64,000 nucleotides of DNA from assembly GCA_946535435.1 (NCBI GenBank), contig CAMNDM010000010.1:23559-87558 (forward strand). The letters run 5' to 3'. The notes beneath the pieces are model-generated. The model saw only the letters and a list, made by a program, of their open reading frames with translations, made no database searches and was not told the DNA's origin. This stretch comes from an uncultured Bacteroidales bacterium. Lineage in GTDB: Bacteria; Bacteroidota; Bacteroidia; Bacteroidales; Paludibacteraceae. This document shows, piece after piece, positions 18,434-25,222 of the stretch (position 1 is the stretch's first letter; each line of letters opens with the position of its first letter). Made by a program: the position numbers and the translations under genes.

Positions 18434-20398
18434 ATGAAGAAACTATTACTACTGACAGCCGGTGCTTTTGCGACAGTTTTGTCGTCGGCTATGATTATGA
18501 AAATGTATTATCCCGATGGTACAACGCAGAGGTTCAACATCGACGATGTGAACAAGGTCTCTTATGAGGGGAATGCGTCAAGCAGAAAGATGGTTGTGGA
18601 ATACGCCAGCCATACTGACACTCTGCCGGTTGTTGCCGACTCGGTTGTGTTCACGAACGACGAAATTCATACGGCCAACGGGCACGAATACGTCGATTTG
18701 GGCCTTTCCTATTATTGGGCTACCAACAATGTCGGTGCTTCCGATTATACTCTCGGTGGAAAATTCGCATGGGCTGAAATTGAACCTTCTGACGATTTGG
18801 AGTATAGATGGAAAAGCTCTTTCGACGGTAACAAGTTAAATGAACAAAGCGGAAAGGGATTTGTTATTCAACATAGACATAAATATACGGAAAGAAGCAT
18901 TGGCTGCGTCTTTTCGGATTTCGATATCAGGTACACCAATGGTGGCCTGCTGAAAAGCCTGTTGGCTGAAGACGATGCCGCTTTTGTAAAATGGGGACCT
19001 ATGTGGTCGACTCCGTCCGCTGACGCATGGCAGGAGTTGCTAGACAACTGTACATTCAAGTACTACGAAGACTATCAGGGACAGAGTGGTTATCTTGTTA
19101 CGAGTAAAGTGCCTGGCTTTGAAGGCCAATCAGTGTTTTTTCCTGTTGAATTAGGTATGGTCCAAGACAATAGTGGTGAGTACCATCCGTATGAACACAG
19201 TATATATTGGACTAATACGCTCGAACCGTCTGCCGATTATTATGGAATTTATTCCTATGGAGTCTGTTTCCCGACTCCCGATTCCAAGTTTTTCGGTAGC
19301 AGCCTTCCTAATACAATGTGGTCGTTATTCTCCAAAAATATGGCAGCCCACGTCCGCCCGGTCATTCATAAGCGCATGGCCGATAAATACGGTTTGAAGT
19401 CGGCGGGTAGCGTACAAAAATACCAGGTTGTTTACTTGAATTCCGATAAAAGCAGCATCATGGAAGTGGAAGAGGTTGCCGAAGGTAAGGCAGCTATAGG
19501 AAAGGGCGATTTTATGCAGAAGATAGTAAAACCGCAGGAGAATTTGGTCTTCAACCGTTGGTCTGCCGATTTGTCGTCTGTAGAAAGAAGCCTCTCTGTT
19601 TATCCAGTCTTTGTAGTAGATACGGCTAACACTTACTATAAAGTGCGTATCCTGTGTCCTGATACAATGATATGGTATGACCAGGCGGGAAAAGAGAACC
19701 GTACGCTTTTACCTGGCAGCCCTTACGACTCTGTTTATGTGCGTGAGGGAGAAGATGTCCCTTCCGATTGGTTGGAAAAAGTAAGGTACAGATGGGCTAG
19801 AGGGTATAATGTCAAGCATGATTTGAAACTTACCAACCTGCACGCCAATCTCGACATCACACTCGACCGTGTGGTTTTCAAGGACTATAGTGAGCCAAAA
19901 GGCGATCGCCGTTATGTAGACCTCGGCCTCTCTGTCAACTGGGCTTCCGGTAATCTGTCGGACGATGTGAATGTTTCGAAAGACTCCTTGAAGAAATGTC
20001 TGTGGACCGACGATATAGCTACAAAACAGTGGGGGGACGATTGGCGCCTGCCAACAAAGGAAGAGTTCCAAGAATTGATAGATAACTGTTATATTGATAG
20101 GGTAAATGGTGTCTTCAACGAAGATGGTGTGATTGACTACTCTGTTGGTGTGGCCGGATATCTGTTTACCAGCAAGGTGCCTGGCTATGAAGGCCGGTCT
20201 ATCTTCCTTCCAGCAAGGGAGATGATTGTCAACTGTGGACCGGCTCCAGAACGCCTTGAACTGAGTGGTGTTTATCTGACCTCTTCAAAAGGGGAAGATG
20301 GCGAGAGCTTTTATTTGTTTGACGGTGAAGGTGTGTCAATTCTCGATTATTACGATATTAGGGGCTGGGGCTTCATCCGTGCCGTAACTGCAAAGTAA
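18434..20398 (+). CDS. secreted multidomain lectin-like protein (paralog B1) with two DUF1566/FISUMP-like domains and a Listeria-Bacteroides-repeat-like segment
   Basis: 654 aa, starting 4 nt after the A1 stop, with a signal peptide. It has two copies of the motif series YVDLGLS..WA..N.G / W..P..E..QEL.DNC / GYL.TSKVPG.EG.S.F.P / ..RAV. The middle segment LVFNRWSADL...VYPVF is repeat-like. Confidence 0.75.
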   Translation: MKKLLLLTAGAFATVLSSAMIMKMYYPDGTTQRFNIDDVNKVSYEGNASSRKMVVEYASHTDTLPVVADSVVFTNDEIHTANGHEYVDLGLSYYWATNNVGASDYTLGGKFAWAEIEPSDDLEYRWKSSFDGNKLNEQSGKGFVIQHRHKYTERSIGCVFSDFDIRYTNGGLLKSLLAEDDAAFVKWGPMWSTPSADAWQELLDNCTFKYYEDYQGQSGYLVTSKVPGFEGQSVFFPVELGMVQDNSGEYHPYEHSIYWTNTLEPSADYYGIYSYGVCFPTPDSKFFGSSLPNTMWSLFSKNMAAHVRPVIHKRMADKYGLKSAGSVQKYQVVYLNSDKSSIMEVEEVAEGKAAIGKGDFMQKIVKPQENLVFNRWSADLSSVERSLSVYPVFVVDTANTYYKVRILCPDTMIWYDQAGKENRTLLPGSPYDSVYVREGEDVPSDWLEKVRYRWARGYNVKHDLKLTNLHANLDITLDRVVFKDYSEPKGDRRYVDLGLSVNWASGNLSDDVNVSKDSLKKCLWTDDIATKQWGDDWRLPTKEEFQELIDNCYIDRVNGVFNEDGVIDYSVGVAGYLFTSKVPGYEGRSIFLPAREMIVNCGPAPERLELSGVYLTSSKGEDGESFYLFDGEGVSILDYYDIRGWGFIRAVTAK

Positions 20399-20422
20399 TT
20401 ATATTTGTTATAACGATGGAAA

Positions 20423-20458
20423 GCCTCTGGGGAGGGACTTCCCCGGTGGCTTTTTTTT
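20423..20458 (+). terminator. rho-independent terminator after B1
   Basis: Stem gcctctgggga/tccccggtggc (one mismatch, one G-T pair) followed by eight T. Confidence 0.7.
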
Positions 20459-20494
20459 GTGAAGTCGAAATGCATGTCGTCCGATATTAAATTA

Positions 20495-20502
20495 TATATT
20501 TG
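20495..20502 (+). promoter_or_regulatory. putative -7 box (TAnnTTTG) for the orphan island
   Basis: TATATTTG lies 28 nt upstream of the ATG at 20530. The TTG of the box is the ORF-track start at 20500. Confidence 0.55.
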
Positions 20503-20529
20503 TATAAAACGAAAATTGAGGTCGAATTC

Positions 20530-21267
20530 ATGGATAAACTAAAAAAACTGCTGTCGATTGAACCAGAGGCGTTTGAAAACTATAAACCTGGAGAGGTCGG
20601 AAATTATAAAACGCAGTTCGATGAAATAGCCAAGTTACTTATAGAGGACTACGCAATCGTAAAAGGCCAAGACTGCTATTTCTTTACCGAAATCGAGTTC
20701 TATTTTTATGCCAAGAATCATCAAGATATTATTACCCATCCCCGTCGTTGTCTTGCCATGCAATGGTACATCAATAACTTCGGAGACATTGATTTGACGT
20801 TCGAGAGTCATATAGAGATGGTTGAAGTCGAAAATTCGCAGAAGAAAGTGGTCTGCAAACCAGTTCTTGACGATAAATGCTACTTTGGAGGCATCTTAAT
20901 TCGTGGTTTGAAGAATGTGCACACGGGAAAGAACCTTGAAGGACCATGGGCTTGTTCCGAACTTTACCGACTGCATTCTGTCGATGGACTCACTGGTGAA
21001 TTCCCGAAATTGATTAAAATTAGTGATTTGGAGTTAAATGCCCCCCATATGGCAGAGAATGCTGTTAACCGCTACAACCTATTAAATAACAAAACATCCG
21101 AAAACAAAGTGGACTATATTCTTTCTGGCTACAAAAATGGAGCAGAATTGAGTAAGGATTCGCTTGTCAACAAGTTTGACGAGTTTTTGCCTGCTGCTTA
21201 TAGGTATTATGCGAAAGATTGGAAGGTCTTGGGCTTGAAATACCCATATTGTCGAAATAAAGAATAA
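20530..21267 (+). CDS. orphan protein with an AAG/Mpg-like (alkylpurine DNA glycosylase family) motif series
   Basis: 245 aa from the ATG at 20530. It shows, in order, TEIEFY (compare ETEAY), DIITH (compare D.AAH), GGILIRGL (compare vLiRAlEP), EGPWACSELYRL (compare GPgkLcqAL) and YRYY near the C-terminus (compare RF[YW]). The coding call is more secure than the function call. Confidence 0.55.
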   Translation: MDKLKKLLSIEPEAFENYKPGEVGNYKTQFDEIAKLLIEDYAIVKGQDCYFFTEIEFYFYAKNHQDIITHPRRCLAMQWYINNFGDIDLTFESHIEMVEVENSQKKVVCKPVLDDKCYFGGILIRGLKNVHTGKNLEGPWACSELYRLHSVDGLTGEFPKLIKISDLELNAPHMAENAVNRYNLLNNKTSENKVDYILSGYKNGAELSKDSLVNKFDEFLPAAYRYYAKDWKVLGLKYPYCRNKE

Positions 21268-21302
21268 AAGTAGTTATATGGTAAACGTATATTATTTACA
21301 GT
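21267..21302 (+). repeat. 36-bp perfect direct repeat, copy 1
   Basis: aaagtagttatatggtaaacgtatattatttacagt is identical to 21333-21368. Confidence 0.95.
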
Positions 21303-21310
21303 TATATTTG
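21303..21310 (+). promoter_or_regulatory. putative -7 box (TAnnTTTG) inside the 30-bp spacer between the direct repeats
   Basis: TATATTTG lies 34 nt upstream of the ATG at 21344. Confidence 0.45.
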
Positions 21311-21332
21311 CAGTGTGTTAAACAAAAACGAT

Positions 21333-21368
21333 AAAGTAGTTATATGGTAAACGTATATTATTTACAGT
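21333..21368 (+). repeat. 36-bp perfect direct repeat, copy 2 (covers the start of the GIY-YIG-like ORF)
   Basis: Identical to 21267-21302. Confidence 0.95.
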
Positions 21369-21892
21369 GGTTTGGCCCTTTTCCCTCTGTTGATGAATTG
21401 AAAAAGTGGCGGCAAGAAGAAAACGAAGAATGTTATTTGTATTTGTTGCAAGGAAAGAAAAAGTGGCATCAGAAATATACGTATTATTGTGGACAAACCT
21501 TTAGACAGAATGTAGAGGATCGTCTTTCTAATTCTAATCATCACATAAGGGAACTGCAGGAAAGATCAGATTCCTTAAGAATATGGGTCGGTTCTTTTGG
21601 TAATATAAAAAATCCAACAAAGGATGATGTGAACTTGTGAGAAAAGATGTTAACATCAGAGATGATGCAAATTGAAGTCGACGATGCATACACGGCAAAC
21701 AAAACAAATTTAAAGTCTCCGAATGATGATGTGATTATTGTAAATGAATGGTTTGATTTAGAAATGTCTCACCGTGAAAGGACTTCGAAGATATCTCCTG
21801 CTAATCGTGTGCCTGATGTTATTTCTTATTGGTCGAAAACAAAAGAGGTTTTTGTGGCAAAACATCTCAAAAAACTTGGTCCTATGAAGTAA
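21344..21892 (+). pseudogene. GIY-YIG-like orphan gene interrupted by a single in-frame TGA (21638-21640)
   Basis: ORFs 21344-21640 and 21647-21892 share a reading frame and are separated only by TGA GAA AAG. The motifs YLYLL, YYCGQT and VEDRLSNSNHH lie before the stop, and EKMLTSEMM...ANKTN lies after it. Confidence 0.45.
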
Positions 21893-21995
21893 ACATCAAC
21901 TTTTATAGGATTTTGACGATGTGTTATTCCATGTGAGATCAATCCGCTTTACCATAAATATTTACCATGTTCTGTGTGATTTATAAGTTTTATAA

Positions 21996-22169
21996 ATGAG
22001 AGAACTCCCGTATTTGATATATGCTTTAAATAATGAAGGAAGGTTAGTCAATATTATGGATCCTTCTGTTGAGAATGGAGACAACTGCAAGTGCTTTTGT
22101 CCTCATTGCAAGACTAAATTATGTGCTAAAAATAAAGGAACAAAAAACACATCAAAAATAGAAAAATGA
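21996..22169 (+). pseudogene. relic of a CoiA-like N-terminal zinc-ribbon region (57-codon ORF, below the ORF-track cut-off)
   Basis: My own translation is MRELPYLIYALNNEGRLVNIMDPSVENGDNCKCFCPHCKTKLCAKNKGTKNTSKIEK*. The pattern YAL..eG.lv.i ... CP.C...L.aK.G matches CoiA-family N-termini, but the ORF stops before the expected HFAH and nuclease core. Confidence 0.35.
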
Positions 22170-22176
22170 TGAACCA

Positions 22177-22458
22177 ATGAATCTTGTTGCGGTCATGTTT
22201 AAATATGCGTCCGACCTGGAGGTTGGACCCCGTGCCGGATGGCCGCCTCACCAGTCTGAAGCCGAAAGTCTTGAGATTATCCGAACTATATTCCATAACG
22301 ATTCTTCCTGGGCTATTGAGTCGAAGGAGGTTGGAGAGGCTGTTGCTGCTACGGACTATGGCCCTTCGTGTAACTGTAAACTGCCGTCACGGCCGAATGA
22401 ACCGATGCCCGGATTTTGGGTGGCTAAACCGTTCTGGAACAAAGGCATTTTCTTATAG
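22177..22458 (+). pseudogene. decayed GNAT acetyltransferase copy (paralog of 25223-25738)
   Basis: The translation ...KYASDLEVGPRAGWPPHQSEAESLEIIRTIFHNDSSWAIE... aligns with residues ~9-100 of the intact GNAT. It has an internal N-terminal deletion, loses homology after WNKGI, and an overlapping second frame (22184-22552) is present. Confidence 0.8.
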
Positions 22459-22623
22459 AACCAGAACCTCCCGTTTGTTAACATACTACGGTAAAGTCTG
22501 CTCGGCATGTTGTTTATCTATAGAAATTTATGATTGTTTTCTGAAATATTAACCGAGTAAGAAAAGTTGTGCTCGGCAAGAGAATATTCTTGAATTGTAA
22601 AATGTGTTGATAAAAATTATCTG

Positions 22624-22631
22624 TATATTTG
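22624..22631 (+). promoter_or_regulatory. putative -7 box (TAnnTTTG) for duplicated module copy 2
   Basis: TATATTTG lies 66 nt upstream of the ATG at 22697. Confidence 0.55.
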
Positions 22632-22696
22632 TTGTTGTAATAGGATTTTAGCTTTCGCTTATTATGAAGAAAAGTATTAATGTAATCTAACTGATT

Positions 22697-23170
22697 ATGA
22701 ATTTAAAAAAATGTTTGATGGGCATATCCCTGGCGATAGCCGGGAGTGTTCCGGTAGTGGCGGGTAATGCTTACGTCACGATTCAAAAGAACGATGGAAC
22801 AAAGAGTTCGTTTCTGTTGTCTGCTGTTCCGAAAATCACACACACTGCCGACAGCCTGAAAGTAGAGGGGGATGCTAGTGCCTCTTTCCCTTTGTCGGAT
22901 GTCGACTTCTTTAACTTTACAGAGTCGGACCTCACGTCTGTTCCAACTGTAAAAAGTGACGAACTGCGTGTCGTCTATCTCGACAACCGGCACGTGAGGG
23001 TCGAGGGACTGGCTACAGGCTCACAACTGTCGCTTTGCTCGGTGTCGGGTGCCGTGTTAAGCCAGAAACAGGCTTCTGCCGATGGCTTTGCCGAACTCTC
23101 GCTGCCACAGGCAAAGGGTGTGTACATCTTGAAGACAGACAAACAGATTGTTAAACTAGTGAAGAAGTAA
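22697..23170 (+). CDS. small secreted protein with T9SS-type C-terminal sorting domain (paralog A2)
   Basis: 157 aa, differing from A1 at 10 positions. Confidence 0.75.
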   Translation: MNLKKCLMGISLAIAGSVPVVAGNAYVTIQKNDGTKSSFLLSAVPKITHTADSLKVEGDASASFPLSDVDFFNFTESDLTSVPTVKSDELRVVYLDNRHVRVEGLATGSQLSLCSVSGAVLSQKQASADGFAELSLPQAKGVYILKTDKQIVKLVKK

Positions 23171-23174
23171 GCTT

Positions 23175-25142
23175 ATGAAGAAACTATTATTACTGACAGC
23201 TACTGCCTTTGCGGCCGCATTGTCGTCGGCCGTGGTCATGAAAATGTATTATCCCGATGGCTCGACCCAGCGCTTTAACGTCAGCGATGTCGACAAGGTC
23301 TCTTACCAGGGAAGTGCGTCAAGCAGAAAGATTGTTGTGGAATACGCAAGCCAGGCCGACACGCTGCCGGCTGTCGCCGACTCGGTTGTTTTCTTGAACG
23401 ACGAGATTCATACAGCCAACGGACACGAGTACGTCGATTTGGGACTTTCCTACCTTTGGGCTACAAATAACATCGGATCTACCGATTCTTCGCTTGGCGG
23501 TCATTACGCATGGGCCGAAACCGATCCTGTTACCGATTTTTCTTTCCGTTTTGATGACCCCTTTAGAGGATCTGGTGTGCCCGATTCTTTCAACGTGTTA
23601 AGTGGAAAGGGATTATACCTTGATCGGTTGAATAAGTACTCTTATTATGGTGGAGGCTGCGTTTACGACATATTCAGTAGCAGATACAACCGGCAGGATG
23701 GGTTGATGGACTTGTTACCGAGCGACGATGCCGCTTATGTGAAATGGGGCCCAATGTGGTCGACTCCGTCCAAAGAGGCTTGGGATGAATTGATAGAGAA
23801 TTGTACGTTCAAGTTTGTTGAAAACTACCGTGGAATAAGCGGCTATGTGCTTACCAGTACTGTCGCAGGTTTCGAAGATAAGTCAATCTTCTTACCAGTT
23901 CATTACATCTCTATGTTTGAGCAAAGCGTGTATTGGACCAGCTCAAGGGAATCTGTTTTAGGTAAAGATTATCAAGATAATATCTGGGGTATCTGTTTCC
24001 CAATCCCTCAGTATGATGATGATTATCAAATGGATCAAAAACCGAAGGAAATGAGCTCTTTGTTCTCAAGGAATATGGTCGCTCAAATCCGTCCTGTCAT
24101 CCGCAAACGTGCTGTCGAAAAGTTCGGGTTGAAATCGGCTGGCGCCAACAATTCTGACTCTTACAAGGTCGTCTATCTGAATACCGATAAAATCAGCATT
24201 CTGAAAGTGGAGGATGTGCCCGAAGGAAAGGCTGCTAAGGGAATCGGCGACTTGGTCGGTGAAATTCAGAAACCACAGGAAAATTTGCTCTTCAATGGTT
24301 GGTCGGAGGATTTAACGGCTGTCGACAGACATCTTACGGTGTATCCGGTTTTTGTTGTCGACTCGCTCCATACCTATTATAAAGTACGTGTTATTTGCCC
24401 TGACTCTATGCCTGTTTACGGAGATTTCGATAAGATGTATGGTGATGTCCATTTGAAGTACATTTTGCCTCCTGCTACCGCATACGATTCTATTTATGTG
24501 CGTGAGGGTGAGGATGTGCCAACCGATTGGTTGGGAAAAAATTTGTACAGATGGAAGGACGGATATCACGCCAAACATGGGTTGAAACTGACCGACCTGC
24601 ATGCCGATGTTGATATTACATTCGACCGTGTCTTTATCCGTGACTATAGCGAGCAAAAGGGAGACCACCGCTTTGTTGACCTCGGTCTTTCTGTCAACTG
24701 GGCTTCTGAAAATTTGAGCCAAAGCGTTCTTGACCTTTCGAGCGATTCGCTCTATAATTGGTCTTATAACGCTGACGTGGTGACTAAGGTTTGGGGGGCA
24801 GATTGGCGTCTGCCATCAAAAGAAGAGTTCCAAGAACTGCTCGATAATTGTTATGTCGATAAAGTGACCAGTGTCTTCAATGAAGAGGGAGAACTAGTGC
24901 GTGAAGAGGGATACCTGTTTACCAGTAAGGTGCCAGGCTATGAAGGTAGGTCTATTTTCTTACCTGCAAGGCAGATTCATATGGATTGTGGACCGGAGCC
25001 TTCTTCTCTTGATTTGTACGGAGAATATCCGACTTCAGACAGAGAGAATCTGAAAACCTATGTGTTCACTACAAATGGCTTGTATTTGGAACACTTTACT
25101 TTGTCGTCTTCCGGACGTGTCCGGGCGGTGACGGCAAAATAA
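23175..25142 (+). CDS. secreted multidomain lectin-like protein (paralog B2)
   Basis: 655 aa with the same architecture as B1. Conserved blocks alternate with strongly divergent blocks. Confidence 0.75.
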   Translation: MKKLLLLTATAFAAALSSAVVMKMYYPDGSTQRFNVSDVDKVSYQGSASSRKIVVEYASQADTLPAVADSVVFLNDEIHTANGHEYVDLGLSYLWATNNIGSTDSSLGGHYAWAETDPVTDFSFRFDDPFRGSGVPDSFNVLSGKGLYLDRLNKYSYYGGGCVYDIFSSRYNRQDGLMDLLPSDDAAYVKWGPMWSTPSKEAWDELIENCTFKFVENYRGISGYVLTSTVAGFEDKSIFLPVHYISMFEQSVYWTSSRESVLGKDYQDNIWGICFPIPQYDDDYQMDQKPKEMSSLFSRNMVAQIRPVIRKRAVEKFGLKSAGANNSDSYKVVYLNTDKISILKVEDVPEGKAAKGIGDLVGEIQKPQENLLFNGWSEDLTAVDRHLTVYPVFVVDSLHTYYKVRVICPDSMPVYGDFDKMYGDVHLKYILPPATAYDSIYVREGEDVPTDWLGKNLYRWKDGYHAKHGLKLTDLHADVDITFDRVFIRDYSEQKGDHRFVDLGLSVNWASENLSQSVLDLSSDSLYNWSYNADVVTKVWGADWRLPSKEEFQELLDNCYVDKVTSVFNEEGELVREEGYLFTSKVPGYEGRSIFLPARQIHMDCGPEPSSLDLYGEYPTSDRENLKTYVFTTNGLYLEHFTLSSSGRVRAVTAK

Positions 25143-25163
25143 ACCGATTGAATGCACGTAAAA

Positions 25164-25195
25164 AGCCACTGGGTTTACTCCTAGTGGCTTTTTTT
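25164..25195 (+). terminator. rho-independent terminator after B2
   Basis: Stem agccact/agtggct followed by seven T. It is unrelated in sequence to the B1 terminator. Confidence 0.65.
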
Positions 25196-25222
25196 GTAAC
25201 TTAGTCCGGAAAACGAAAGTAA

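Larger units (their letters stand above)
17873..20398 (+). repeat. segmental duplication, copy 1 (promoter + small CTD gene + large lectin-like gene)
   Basis: Collinear with 22624-25142. Homology is visible from the -7 box to the stop codon of the large gene. Confidence 0.9.
22624..25142 (+). repeat. segmental duplication, copy 2
   Basis: Collinear with 17873-20398. Confidence 0.9.

Noticed and set aside
20500-20529. ORF-track N-terminal extensions that begin with TTG (20500, 27504, 38067 on minus, 46744 on minus) or other upstream starts (5241 on minus, 10176, 28776, 42663, 8067, 58372 on minus).
   Set aside because: In four cases the TTG is the last three bases of a TAnnTTTG -7 promoter box, so it cannot be translated from that promoter. 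In the others the extension overlaps a terminator, a promoter box or the upstream gene (nuoB into nuoA). In every case an ATG follows with a canonical family N-terminus or a signal peptide.
21267-21368. The dimensions (36-bp repeat, 30-bp spacer, 36-bp repeat) match a minimal CRISPR array.
   Set aside because: There are only two repeat copies. The repeat spans a stop codon, an intergenic spacer and the 5' end of an ORF. It has no internal palindrome or resemblance to the Bacteroidota repeat types I know, and no cas genes lie in the window. A local duplication explains it better.
21638-21640. The in-frame TGA could be a selenocysteine or recoded codon.
   Set aside because: There is no convincing SECIS-like hairpin downstream, only a 4-bp gatg/catc stem around a GTTAAC palindrome. 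The position has no redox-type Cys context, no sel genes lie in the window, and every other gene here uses TGA as a stop. A pseudogene or a sequencing error is more likely.
22184-22552. A 122-aa ORF overlaps the decayed GNAT in another frame.
   Set aside because: It is an out-of-frame reading of the same GNAT-derived DNA followed by unique spacer sequence. It is Arg/Leu-rich without motifs, consistent with pseudogene decay rather than a new gene.
17873-25142. The B1/B2 variable blocks could be diversity-generating-retroelement variable and template repeats.
   Set aside because: Differences between the copies include all substitution types and indels rather than adenine-specific changes. The divergent blocks are spread along the gene, and no reverse transcriptase is present in the window.
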